Part shown: one piece after another, positions 9,786-19,538 of the stretch
How the letters are laid out: each line of letters starts with the position of its first letter
Numbering within the stretch: the stretch's first letter is position 1
From: Vampirovibrionaceae bacterium NZW_1234
Lineage (GTDB): Bacteria > Cyanobacteriota > Vampirovibrionia > Vampirovibrionales > JAGQHJ01
Assembly (NCBI GenBank): GCA_041697335.1
Contig: JBGUGD010000015.1
Span: 1-64,000 of the forward strand
Length of the DNA: 64,000 nt
Direction: 5' to 3'
Notes under the pieces: generated by a model
The model's input: the letters and a program-made list of their open reading frames with translations, nothing else
Database searches by the model: none
What the model was told of the DNA's origin: nothing
Position numbers and translations under genes: made by a program

Positions 9786-11315
9786 ATGTCAAACTATATT
9801 CTCGTTTTGGATCACGGCACTACCGGACTCAAAGCCTGCCTGATGAACCAGGCCGGTGACATTACGGCCCAAGCCTATGAGAAGATCCCACAATTCTATC
9901 CCCAACCGGGCTGGGTGGAACATGACCCCGCCGTTTTATGGGAGTTAACGCTTCAGGCCATTCAAACCCTGTTTAAAGGCGCAGGCATTACCTGGTCCCA
10001 GATTGTGTCCGTGGGTATCACCAACCAGCGGGAGACCGTCGTGCTCTGGGACAAAACCACAGGCGCTCCCTTGTATAACGCCATTGTCTGGCAATGCCGC
10101 CGAACCGCCGAGTGGTGTTCGGACCGAAAACAACAGGATGCAAGCCTGATTGAAGACATTCATGCCCGCACCGGACTCGTCATGGATGCCTACTTCTCGG
10201 CGAGTAAAATCCGCTGGCTCCTGGATCACAGCCCGGCTGCCCAATCGGCCCTCGCTGCCGGGAACCTCCTCTGCGGCACCGTGGATACCTGGATATTATG
10301 GAAGCTGACCGGTCATCGAAAGCATATTACGGACATGACCAACGCGTCGCGCACCATGCTGTTTAACATCCGTACCAAAGCATGGGATTCGGTTCTTCTG
10401 AGCTATTTTGGCATACCCGAATCAATCTTGCCTTCTGTCCAAACCAGTTGCAGCCACTTTGGCGATGTCGACCCTGGGTTGACCCAAGGCGCCATGGTTC
10501 CCATCATGAGCATGATCGGCGATCAGCAGTCAGCCCTTTACGGCGAGCGATGCTGGACACCCGGCACCTCAAAAAATACCTTTGGCACGGGTGCCTTTCT
10601 GATGACCAATATCGGCACCGAGTGTATCCTCTCGAATCAGGGTTTGCTGACGACTCTGGCCTGCGGTGCCGATGGCAACCCCGTATATGCCTTGGAGGGC
10701 TCGGTGTTTATGGCCGGTGCCGTCATGGAATGGCTCAAAAATGACCTGGGACTGTTTGACACCTTTGACGAAGCCGACTCGTTAGCCATGTCGATTGAAT
10801 CGACGGAAGGCGTGTATCTGGTACCCGCCTTTGTGGGCCTGGGTGCGCCGCACTGGGATAGCGATGCCAGAGGCCTTCTCTGCGGTCTGACCCAGGGAGC
10901 CGGTCGTGCCCACCTCACCCGAGCAGGCTTGGAGTCTATGGCGTATCAAGTGGATGACATCCTGGCGCTGATGCAACAGGCCTCCGGCGCGTCCATTGCC
11001 CACTTGAAGGTCGATGGGGGTGTGAGCCGCTCGAATTTTCTCATGCAATTTCTGGCCGATGTGCTGAACTTGCCGGTACACCGTATGTTAGATACCGAGC
11101 TGACAGCAAAAGGGGCAGGCTATCTGGCAGGCTTGGGCGCTCATTTCTGGGAATCACCGGAGGCCATTGCCGCCCTTCCTCAACCGGAAGATATTTTTCC
11201 CCCAACCATGGCGCCCCATGTCCGAGGCACTCTGAAACAAGGCTGGCAGGCGGCCATTCAGAGGACGCTATTAACGCCTGAAGCCGCACACTGCGTGGGG
11301 GAACCCGTCGGCTAA
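9786..11315 (+). CDS. glpK: Glycerol kinase
   Basis: D.GTT, GWVEHDP, GITNQRET, YFSASK, GDQQ and PAFVGLGAP.W motifs. Confidence 0.96.
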   Translation: MSNYILVLDHGTTGLKACLMNQAGDITAQAYEKIPQFYPQPGWVEHDPAVLWELTLQAIQTLFKGAGITWSQIVSVGITNQRETVVLWDKTTGAPLYNAIVWQCRRTAEWCSDRKQQDASLIEDIHARTGLVMDAYFSASKIRWLLDHSPAAQSALAAGNLLCGTVDTWILWKLTGHRKHITDMTNASRTMLFNIRTKAWDSVLLSYFGIPESILPSVQTSCSHFGDVDPGLTQGAMVPIMSMIGDQQSALYGERCWTPGTSKNTFGTGAFLMTNIGTECILSNQGLLTTLACGADGNPVYALEGSVFMAGAVMEWLKNDLGLFDTFDEADSLAMSIESTEGVYLVPAFVGLGAPHWDSDARGLLCGLTQGAGRAHLTRAGLESMAYQVDDILALMQQASGASIAHLKVDGGVSRSNFLMQFLADVLNLPVHRMLDTELTAKGAGYLAGLGAHFWESPEAIAALPQPEDIFPPTMAPHVRGTLKQGWQAAIQRTLLTPEAAHCVGEPVG

Positions 11316-11327
11316 ACAAGTTTTTTT

Positions 11328-13646
11328 CTAATGTTTTTGCATTGCATGCTCATAGGGATCCAACCACATATGCTGTTCGTGGAGAGCCTTTTGGGCCATA
11401 CTTTCTCCGTGCAAATAGTTTCGAACTTCTAAGGGATTAAAGGCAATCTGTTCCGGAGTGAGCCCCATATTCTCGGGAGTCAAAGCACCCGGTGTGGTCA
11501 CATAGCCACCTTTTCCTGTCGATGTCGCCGAAGGGTTCTGAGTTCCTGCCGAGTTGACAGTTTCTCGTCGATCGCCTGTCAACGATGCGGCGGCTGGATT
11601 TGTAGCGGCTGGTTTTTGAGGTTCCGGTGGTTTCTCCAGAACATCCGGGTCCCCAAATATGGCGTTGCTGATTTTCTTGCAAACATAGCCTACAGCAAAA
11701 CCACATAGAGAGGTAAACACCACTTCAGTCAAAAAGCCGCCGTAGGTCCAAGGCAAGAAGCCCAGGAACTTGGCATTGGCAAACTTGGCAATCCACTTGT
11801 TCCGTGTCAGTAAGCCCAGGCCCGGCAAATAGTTCCGGCCTACTTCAAAGCCCATGTAGCCACCCAAGCTCTCGGAAAGGCCTTCAAAGAAACGAGCAAT
11901 TTTGCTCTCCTGGGTTTTACCTTTACGATACCCGGAAATAGCCGTCCCAAAAGTAAACAAGCTCACAATCGTGCGCCCGAACCAGGGAGAACCGGCAGCA
12001 GCAGCGTTGTTTTGAAAGCGTTTGAAACTGGCCCCTTCAAAGATACGTTGGAAGAAATAGCCGACCTTACCAAAGAAGCGCCCAACAGGCCCCACGCCTC
12101 GTTTTTTCAGCATATCATAGATGGCATGCTCGGCTTCCACCACGGGCTTGTGATATTTTTCAAGATAATTAACCCGCTTTACCAAGCCACCCAAGTAACC
12201 TTGCAAACGACTGGCGAGGCCCTTGCGAGCTGAGGACCTTAAAATATGGGATTTTTGAATGTGACCTTCCAGTGCACTGAGCGTTGTGGCCCCTGAAAGT
12301 TTAAACCCAGCTTTGGACGCCTGTCCTGCCAGGCCCACCTGGCTCACCAGACCTTGACTTGCCTTATGAATAGCCTCCCACACCAGCGGCGATTTGCTTT
12401 CTTTCACCAATGCCGCACGGATGGTGTCGTAGCTAACTTTCTGAGTCAAGCCCAGGGCTTTTCGAATGGCTTTAGCCACCGGGGCATAGTCTTTATTTTG
12501 CAAAATCTTGGTGAGATTGGCCGCAAACAGATCACCGGCATGCCGGCTTCTACCCTTGATTGGCTGCTCCAGCGCTGCTTTAATAAGTTCCACCACTTGC
12601 GGGGTCACTTGCTTTTTCGTCACGGCCTTTTGCATGACCGACAGGAGATTTTCCTTATCAATCAGGCGCTGCAACTGTTCCAGCGTACTGGTTTTCACCG
12701 GCTGAGCCCAAGGCAGTATCCGCTTTGCCCCTTCATACCAGGAAGTGGGCAGGATCGCCTTAAACAAACGGCCCAAGGGCTGAACGAGATTGCGGTTGAA
12801 AAAGCCTCCATGCAACTCCTGAGAAGCAATGTCTCGAAGCGACTGCGGCAGGAAATGGACGGCACTGGGCTCAATAATTTGCTTTAGCTGGGCCAGATTA
12901 TGTGTATTGTTGGACAAACGGGTGAGAAGCTCTTTAGGTAAGCGCATTTTGGCCAAATCGCCATAAAAGTGTCCCCGAGGCCCAATATGGGTCTCCAGAT
13001 AATTCTTCACCATGGCATCGCCACTTATAGCACCTTGAAGCCGTTGGCCCAGATTCTCCAGAGCAGGGCCCTTGGTTGAAGAGGGGAGTTGCAGCTGCCG
13101 ATTCAACCAGGACGCACCGGGCAAGGACTGCATTCCCCTTAAAAATCTTTCAAATAAACTCTTTGCGTGGTAATTCGGGCCATGAACAAAATTATCAACA
13201 GCTTTTCCGACACCCCAGCCCATCAGCACGGCTAAAATCCCGGTAATGGCCAATTGCTTGGGATTCATGCCATCGGGCAGCATGCCGCCCATCATGCCCG
13301 GCATCAGCTGACTCATCATCTCCGGGGTCAACTGTCCGCTGGCCGCTAAGGCCTGGAGCTTTTCCATCTGTTCCCGGACTTTGGGGTCCTGAAGCAACAG
13401 CGAAGCCTGTTGAATCATTTCCGGGGTCAGCTGGCTTTGCAACGCCGCCAACTGTTCCTGGGTCATTCCAGGCGGCAGGGGGGGCAGCGCATTTTGAAGC
13501 TGTTGCAGGTCCGCTGGCAACCCCAAGCCAGAGGCCATGGAGTTGGGAGCCCCACCAGGACCAAACGCGGGCATCCGACCCGGCATACCGTAGTTTCCAG
13601 GTCGCATTGCTGATTGTGGGTATTGTGCTCCTAGTGGGTAGGGCAT
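11328..13646 (-). CDS. Large orphan membrane-associated protein with a Met/Pro/Gln-rich N-terminus
   Basis: Long ORF with a probable ATG at 13646 after GAGAGGA (the track start is 13688); one N-proximal and several C-terminal Gly-rich hydrophobic helices. Confidence 0.75.
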   Translation of the reverse strand: MPYPLGAQYPQSAMRPGNYGMPGRMPAFGPGGAPNSMASGLGLPADLQQLQNALPPLPPGMTQEQLAALQSQLTPEMIQQASLLLQDPKVREQMEKLQALAASGQLTPEMMSQLMPGMMGGMLPDGMNPKQLAITGILAVLMGWGVGKAVDNFVHGPNYHAKSLFERFLRGMQSLPGASWLNRQLQLPSSTKGPALENLGQRLQGAISGDAMVKNYLETHIGPRGHFYGDLAKMRLPKELLTRLSNNTHNLAQLKQIIEPSAVHFLPQSLRDIASQELHGGFFNRNLVQPLGRLFKAILPTSWYEGAKRILPWAQPVKTSTLEQLQRLIDKENLLSVMQKAVTKKQVTPQVVELIKAALEQPIKGRSRHAGDLFAANLTKILQNKDYAPVAKAIRKALGLTQKVSYDTIRAALVKESKSPLVWEAIHKASQGLVSQVGLAGQASKAGFKLSGATTLSALEGHIQKSHILRSSARKGLASRLQGYLGGLVKRVNYLEKYHKPVVEAEHAIYDMLKKRGVGPVGRFFGKVGYFFQRIFEGASFKRFQNNAAAAGSPWFGRTIVSLFTFGTAISGYRKGKTQESKIARFFEGLSESLGGYMGFEVGRNYLPGLGLLTRNKWIAKFANAKFLGFLPWTYGGFLTEVVFTSLCGFAVGYVCKKISNAIFGDPDVLEKPPEPQKPAATNPAAASLTGDRRETVNSAGTQNPSATSTGKGGYVTTPGALTPENMGLTPEQIAFNPLEVRNYLHGESMAQKALHEQHMWLDPYEHAMQKH

Positions 13647-13892
13647 CGTGGGATGGTTCCTCTCGCGTCGTTGTCCCCCGAATATCATCGGGATAAACGT
13701 CGGTGAAGAATTTTTTACACCGTCGCCGGGCCAATTCCGTTAAACTTGTAACATATTTTTACACGCCGTGACCCAGCACTTGCGTCAGTATCTTTTATTC
13801 TCGGCAAGAAATACAGTATGATAGCAACACGCGCTGCCGGACGCGTCGTCAGCGAAACGGCCGAAAAGCAGAAATAGCGGGGTAGAGCAGCT

Positions 13893-16406
13893 ATGGCACA
13901 ACCCTCTTTGTATGTTTATTATCACACCCACTGGGACCGAGAATGGTACTTACCCTTCCGGGAGTACCAACACCGTCTTTTGACCGTGGTTGATGACATT
14001 TTGACCACGCTGGAATCGGGGCAGATGGAGTGCTTCACCTTGGACGGCCAAACCGTATTACTGGAGGACTACCTGGAGTTTCGCCCCGAGAACGAATCTC
14101 GCCTGCGGACCCTGGTCAAGCAGAACAAGCTGTCCATTGGCCCCTGGTACGTCATGCCCGATGAATTTCTGGTCAGCGGCGAAAGCCTGATCCGAAACCT
14201 GCAACGCGGCCTCTACATCTCCCGGGAGTTTGGCGAAGAAACCTTTACCGGTTATCTGCCGGACACCTTTGGCCACTCGGCGGACATTCCCATGATCCTG
14301 ACGCAGTTTGGAATTTCCTCGGCCATTGTGTGGCGGGGGCTTGGTGCCCAGTTCCCCTTGTTCACCTGGCAATCGCCATCCGAGGATCAGGTCACGGCCT
14401 TTCACCTGACCGAAGGCTACTTTCAAAACGTTTTTCATATGGGCAAGGACCTGCAGGAAAAAAAGACCTTCTTCCAGCAATGGCTGTCCAAGGTCAGTGA
14501 TGTTGTTCCCAATAACGCCCCGGTCCTGTTTCCCGTCGGCGCAGACCACCTGGGTGTGGTTGCCGACTCCCCGGCGCTGGTCAAGCAATTGGCCCCGGAT
14601 GCCCAGTCCATTACTCCGGATACCTTTATGACCCTTGCGGCTGAGTCCGAGCAGGCCCTGGTGCAGACCCATGTGGGCGAGCTTCGCAACTTCGAAGGAG
14701 CCTATCTGTTGCCCGGCGTCTTTTCAAGCCGGATGTACCTGAAGCAGTGGAATCGCACATTGGAATGGCGCCTGACCCGACAACTGGAGCCTCTTCTGGC
14801 CTGGAGCCAGGTGCTCAACATCAACCTGCCGCCGGTTAAATCCCAGCTCGATTTTCTATGGAAGACCCTGCTTTTGAACCACCCTCATGACAGCATTTGC
14901 GGGTGCAGCGTGGACAGTGTGCATCGCGAGAACGAGGTGCGTTTCGAACATGTCGACCAGCTTTCAACGGCCCTGGTCCGGGATCTGCATGCCCAGCTCA
15001 GCCACCGCTATCAACCCGATAACACCATGCTGGTCTTCAACCTGTCGGACAGCCCTTACACCGGCGTTGTCGAACTGACCCAGGATTATCCCAATACCGC
15101 CCCTCCTCCGGCCCCAGAGGCTGAGATCCAAGTTCTCACCGAAGAGACCCTCCTGGACGAATCCTACCTGCTGGATACGGCCATTTTGCCTCTCTCCGAG
15201 AATCAAGCCGTCCGGCGCAAGAGCTTGGCCTGGGTCGAGAATCTGCCGGCCCATGGGCTTACCACCCTTGCCAAGGCGCTACCAGCCTCAGACACTGTTT
15301 TGGTGACCGCCAGCGGCCTGGAAAACAACAATGTCATCGTTCAAGTCACTCCCAGTGGCGATCTCACCGTCGAGGATCGCAAGACCAAACGGATTTATAC
15401 CGGCATTCACCAACTTTGGCGCAACCTGGAGCAAGGCGACTCCTATAATGCGGCCCCCGTCCCCGGAACGATGCCAACCCAGGCACGGATTGAGCGCACA
15501 GAGATTGTCGATGAAGGGCCCTTGCGAGGAACTTTGGCCCTTACCTGGACGTTCCCGGATCACGAAACACGCTATACCACCTGGGTCAGCCTGGATGCGG
15601 GCTCCCCGGCGCTGAGCTTTAAAACGACCTTTGTGAACCAAACCCCGGATCACAAAGTTCAAGTGGTGTTCAAGACGGCCTCGCCCTTGACCCAGGTCAT
15701 TGCAGAAGGCCACTTTGCCCCCATCACCCGCTCCTACGACCCCAGCTATCGACTGGTAGACCATATGCCGGCCCCCCGACTCAAGGAACTGCTGGTGCAG
15801 GGTGGTCCTATTCAGCGCTTTATCGGCTTTGACGACCAGACCCTCATCACCCGGGGGCTGACCGAATACGAAGTGGAGGGCGAGTCTCTCAAACTGACTT
15901 TAATACGCGCCTTTGGCATGTTGTCTCGTGACGATACCGGTGTTCGCGGCAGCCATGCGGGCCCGCCCTTACAGACCCCGGAAGGCCAATGTCTACACCG
16001 GGCGTTTGAATGCCACTACCAGTGGCGTCCTGGATTTTCCCTGGAGGGTGCCTTCACCCAGGCAGACCGATTCTATGGCGCCGTCTATGGCTTTGCACCC
16101 AGAAGCAATGCTCAGGAAGCGTCGCAAGCCACTTCAGCCTCCACCTCGATTCTTTCCTGGCAGAATCCGGCGGTCGTGTCCACGGCCTTTCACCCAGGGC
16201 CCCAGAACACGCTTCACCTGCGGTTGCTCAATCCCACTGCCACGCCCCAAACCATTGTGCTACACTTGCCCAAGGGCTGGGAAGCGACTCGGGAAATCAA
16301 TCTCACGGGTAAACCCATCGCCCCCCTGCAAGACAGCTCACTCACAATCCCCCCTTACCGCCTGACGACGGTGGAGCTGTATCCACCGGCCTCCCGAGGA
16401 CTGTAA
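13893..16406 (+). CDS. Alpha-mannosidase, glycoside hydrolase family 38
   Basis: HTHWDREWY, GYLPDTFGH and HPHDSICGCS motifs. Confidence 0.93.
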   Translation: MAQPSLYVYYHTHWDREWYLPFREYQHRLLTVVDDILTTLESGQMECFTLDGQTVLLEDYLEFRPENESRLRTLVKQNKLSIGPWYVMPDEFLVSGESLIRNLQRGLYISREFGEETFTGYLPDTFGHSADIPMILTQFGISSAIVWRGLGAQFPLFTWQSPSEDQVTAFHLTEGYFQNVFHMGKDLQEKKTFFQQWLSKVSDVVPNNAPVLFPVGADHLGVVADSPALVKQLAPDAQSITPDTFMTLAAESEQALVQTHVGELRNFEGAYLLPGVFSSRMYLKQWNRTLEWRLTRQLEPLLAWSQVLNINLPPVKSQLDFLWKTLLLNHPHDSICGCSVDSVHRENEVRFEHVDQLSTALVRDLHAQLSHRYQPDNTMLVFNLSDSPYTGVVELTQDYPNTAPPPAPEAEIQVLTEETLLDESYLLDTAILPLSENQAVRRKSLAWVENLPAHGLTTLAKALPASDTVLVTASGLENNNVIVQVTPSGDLTVEDRKTKRIYTGIHQLWRNLEQGDSYNAAPVPGTMPTQARIERTEIVDEGPLRGTLALTWTFPDHETRYTTWVSLDAGSPALSFKTTFVNQTPDHKVQVVFKTASPLTQVIAEGHFAPITRSYDPSYRLVDHMPAPRLKELLVQGGPIQRFIGFDDQTLITRGLTEYEVEGESLKLTLIRAFGMLSRDDTGVRGSHAGPPLQTPEGQCLHRAFECHYQWRPGFSLEGAFTQADRFYGAVYGFAPRSNAQEASQATSASTSILSWQNPAVVSTAFHPGPQNTLHLRLLNPTATPQTIVLHLPKGWEATREINLTGKPIAPLQDSSLTIPPYRLTTVELYPPASRGL

Positions 16407-16411
16407 CCCTG

Positions 16412-16696
16412 ATGATCATCTTCTTTCTCATTCTGATTTTGGTTGAAGTCGCCCTGTTAATTGGGCTGGTCTGGGCTTACAAGTACCTGCATCTGGGTCA
16501 CATGGTACTTCACAACCTCCGGGTCGCTGTCATTATCGCAAGAACCACCTTGCACCGACGATTACAGCAGCGAGAAAAGGTGGTCACGGTTTTGGACGAA
16601 GCGAAAAAATTTCTCTACGACTTCCTCCCAGGCTGGCTTAAATTTTTGCTACGTGCCATGAAGTGGGTCAGCAAATTTCATCCACAAAACGGTTGA
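16412..16696 (+). CDS. Small membrane protein, hypothetical
   Basis: N-terminal TM helix; begins 5 nt after the GH38 stop. Confidence 0.6.
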   Translation: MIIFFLILILVEVALLIGLVWAYKYLHLGHMVLHNLRVAVIIARTTLHRRLQQREKVVTVLDEAKKFLYDFLPGWLKFLLRAMKWVSKFHPQNG

Positions 16697-16821
16697 AGCA
16701 TGGCCCCCTTTTGCCGTACACTAGACTTCGCGACAGCAGTCAGAACCTTAAATGCGGTATTTCTTTGAAAACAAGACAGCTGATTGCGGGCACACCAATC
16801 ACAATGCAGGAGGCCTGAGGC

Positions 16822-17139
16822 ATGGCAAATCGACACGATGACGGATTGGATCTCTTTCTGGGACTGCTGTTTGGGCTGTCCACCGGGATTTTGGCGGGAA
16901 TCTTACTTGCCCCCAAACCAGGCACAGAACTGCGAAATGATTTGAAAGGCTTTGTCAACAACCTGCCCAACGAGGTCAACGTCAGTCTGACCCGCTCGAA
17001 GGGGCAATACAAAGAACTGCTGGGCCGCACCAAGGAAGGCATTGAAACCCAGATTGAGCGTCGCAACGAGCGCCGTCAAGCTATCCGTATGGCCGAAGCC
17101 AAGCGTCGGGAAGAACAAGAAGCTGGCTACGACTACTAA
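16822..17139 (+). CDS. YtxH domain-containing protein
   Basis: FLGLLFG...GILLAPKPG.ELR motif; AGGAGG RBS. Confidence 0.85.
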   Translation: MANRHDDGLDLFLGLLFGLSTGILAGILLAPKPGTELRNDLKGFVNNLPNEVNVSLTRSKGQYKELLGRTKEGIETQIERRNERRQAIRMAEAKRREEQEAGYDY

Positions 17140-17181
17140 GCCCACATCCATTATCCCAAAAGAGAGACGAGGCACCCGAAG

Positions 17182-17541
17182 ATGACCCTAGCGCCCGGCA
17201 CGGAACACCTGTTACAACTCCTGATTCTGACCAGCATTGTACTGCTGATTCCGGTCTTTGTGGGCGTCACCGTCGTGTTGTTCAAGCTGGCATTTCTCAT
17301 CCATTCCACGTCGGACTTTGTGAACTTTGCCTCCAATGAGCTGACACCGGTCGTCAAAGAGCTTCGCCTCACCGTGGATCACCTGGAAACCATGGGCCAT
17401 CGCGCCTCGTCCGGGATGCAGGATATGGGGCAGACCCTGCAAAGCGTTCGCCCCTTAGTAAAAACCGGTGTGGCCCGAACCAAAACCTTCGCCTCTGCCC
17501 TTATCAGCGGTCTCAAGCGTTCCTTCGATCGCAACCGCTAA
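17182..17541 (+). CDS. DUF948/YtxG-like membrane protein
   Basis: TM helix plus amphipathic helices (ELTPVVKELR); located between two ytxH-like genes. Confidence 0.6.
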   Translation: MTLAPGTEHLLQLLILTSIVLLIPVFVGVTVVLFKLAFLIHSTSDFVNFASNELTPVVKELRLTVDHLETMGHRASSGMQDMGQTLQSVRPLVKTGVARTKTFASALISGLKRSFDRNR

Positions 17542-17577
17542 TTCCCAGTATTTGTGACTCAAAAAGGAGAACAATCA

Positions 17578-17892
17578 ATGAGCTCAGGTCGTTTCTTAGG
17601 TGGTATTCTTATCGGCGGTGCTTTGGGCGCCATTATCGGGTTATTGTTAGCCCCTCGCAGCGGCCACGACACCCGCGAACTGATCCGGGAAGACCTGGAA
17701 GATCGCTTGGATAAATCCGTCGAAGGCATTCGCAACCGCGCCGATGAAGTGAAGCTGAAAGCGGAGAACCTGCGCGAGCGTGGCCAATCCATTGTCACCG
17801 AACTGGAGGAAACCGGCCGGGAAGCGTGGAGCAAGCTGCGCACGTCGGTCAAACCCAATAAAGGCGTCACTCCCGAAGAATCTCCGAATTAA
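17578..17892 (+). CDS. YtxH domain-containing protein
   Basis: FLGGILIGGALGAIIGLLLAPRSG.DTR motif; AAGGAG RBS. Confidence 0.9.
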   Translation: MSSGRFLGGILIGGALGAIIGLLLAPRSGHDTRELIREDLEDRLDKSVEGIRNRADEVKLKAENLRERGQSIVTELEETGREAWSKLRTSVKPNKGVTPEESPN

Positions 17893-17910
17893 TCTTCTTC
17901 CTGTCTTCTT

Positions 17911-18762
17911 ATGGCCGTGTATTACATTTCTGCCGACATGGAAGGCGTGTGTGGCGTCTCCAGTCCGCATCAGTGCTATCCCAAAGACAATTGGACCGCC
18001 TATCATGCAGCGGTTCAGCAGATGGCCGATGAAATCAACTGGGTGGCTCAGATCCTTCTGGAAAGCGACCCTTCGGCCCGGATCCTGGTGAACGATGCTC
18101 ATAGCACCATGACCAACCTTCAGCCCGGCCACTTGCTCCCCCAATTATCCCTTTTATCAGGCAAACCCAAGCTCTGTGCCATGATGACCGGCTTAACCGC
18201 CGAGGCTGAGGCGGCCTTTCTCATCGGCTACCATGCCAAGGCCGGTACGGAGCGGGGGGTGTTGAATCATACCTTTCATAACAAGCTGGCCAATGTTGAA
18301 ATCAACGGGGTCTCCTACGGCGAAGCCGGCATTAATGCCTTGTATGCCAGCCTGGTCCACCGGGTCCCCATTGTTCTTGCCAGTGGCGACGATGTGTTTT
18401 GCCGGGAAATTACGCCACTTGTGCCGGGGATTCAGACCGTTGAAACCAAAATCGGCATCACCACCACTGCGGCCCAGTGCCATGCCGTGGACACGGTGAA
18501 AGCCCGTTATATCGAGGCAACACGCCAAGCCCTCAAGTCGCTTCCTCAAGCCAAAGCCAATCTCCCCAAGCTTGAAGGCCCCTACCGGCTTGTGCTGACC
18601 TTCACCAACAGTCTGGCCTGTGATGTCGTCATGACATCGCCCTTGTACACCCGCCTGGACGGCACTCGGGTGGAAGTCACCTCGCCCGACTTTCAACACA
18701 CTTACCAGGCCTTGCAAACGGCCTACACCATGCTGGCCTACACCCATTATATGGACTGGTAG
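17911..18762 (+). CDS. dppA: D-aminopeptidase, M55 family (DppA-like)
   Basis: ISADMEG, VNDAH..M.NL and IGYHA.AG...GVL.HT motifs. Confidence 0.92.
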   Translation: MAVYYISADMEGVCGVSSPHQCYPKDNWTAYHAAVQQMADEINWVAQILLESDPSARILVNDAHSTMTNLQPGHLLPQLSLLSGKPKLCAMMTGLTAEAEAAFLIGYHAKAGTERGVLNHTFHNKLANVEINGVSYGEAGINALYASLVHRVPIVLASGDDVFCREITPLVPGIQTVETKIGITTTAAQCHAVDTVKARYIEATRQALKSLPQAKANLPKLEGPYRLVLTFTNSLACDVVMTSPLYTRLDGTRVEVTSPDFQHTYQALQTAYTMLAYTHYMDW

Positions 18763-18776
18763 AACACTCTTTGGCC

Positions 18777-19493
18777 CTATTGCAAGGCCGAACGGTCCCA
18801 GCTCAGGTCAACCAGATGAACCAGGGCCTCATACACCCGGTCCTGAAGCGCATCGGCATCGGCAACATCCGTAATCAATTCGCCCACCGTTACCACAAAG
18901 CGACCTTCTTCGTTCCGGGTAATCCCTACGGGCAACACCGGCGATTTGGTCTTTTGTGCCAGGCCCCCCAAGCCTTTCTTCAGGGGCAGAATCCGGCCAT
19001 CCATGCTGCGGGTGCCTTCGGGAAAAATCCCAAGAGCCCAATTGGCTGGAGATTTCAAAACATTAAAGGCCGTTTTCAAGGTCGCACTGTCCGGGTTGTC
19101 CCGATCCAGGGCAAAGCATCCCTGGGAACGATAAAACTCGGCAGCCAGCGGATGCTTGAACAATTCTTTCTTGGCCATATAGGCCACGGGATAATGCACT
19201 GCCAGGGATACCAGGGGCGGATCCACCATGGAAATGTGATTGGCCGCCACGATAAAGGGGCCCTTCTCCGGCACGTGCTTGCGTCCAAAGATGATGGGAC
19301 GGTAGCGCAGAATAACAAAGGGCAGAATCAGGAAATCCAGAATGATCAATTGGAAGTGATAACGCCACTTGGAGAAATGGCTGATGGGGTAGCTTTTATA
19401 GCGTTTTGACACCACCTGCTCGGCAGGCACGACAGATTCGGGCATGGGCATAGACGAATGCGTTGAGGTCACCATGGCGCTATGGTACCACAA
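18777..19493 (-). CDS. plsC: 1-acyl-sn-glycerol-3-phosphate acyltransferase
   Basis: NHIS..DP (HX4D) and FPEGTRS motifs. Confidence 0.93.
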   Translation of the reverse strand: MWYHSAMVTSTHSSMPMPESVVPAEQVVSKRYKSYPISHFSKWRYHFQLIILDFLILPFVILRYRPIIFGRKHVPEKGPFIVAANHISMVDPPLVSLAVHYPVAYMAKKELFKHPLAAEFYRSQGCFALDRDNPDSATLKTAFNVLKSPANWALGIFPEGTRSMDGRILPLKKGLGGLAQKTKSPVLPVGITRNEEGRFVVTVGELITDVADADALQDRVYEALVHLVDLSWDRSALQ

Positions 19494-19538
19494 GCCCTCC
19501 CCGGGAACGAGTGCTTCGGTTGACCGCCCCCAAGGCCC

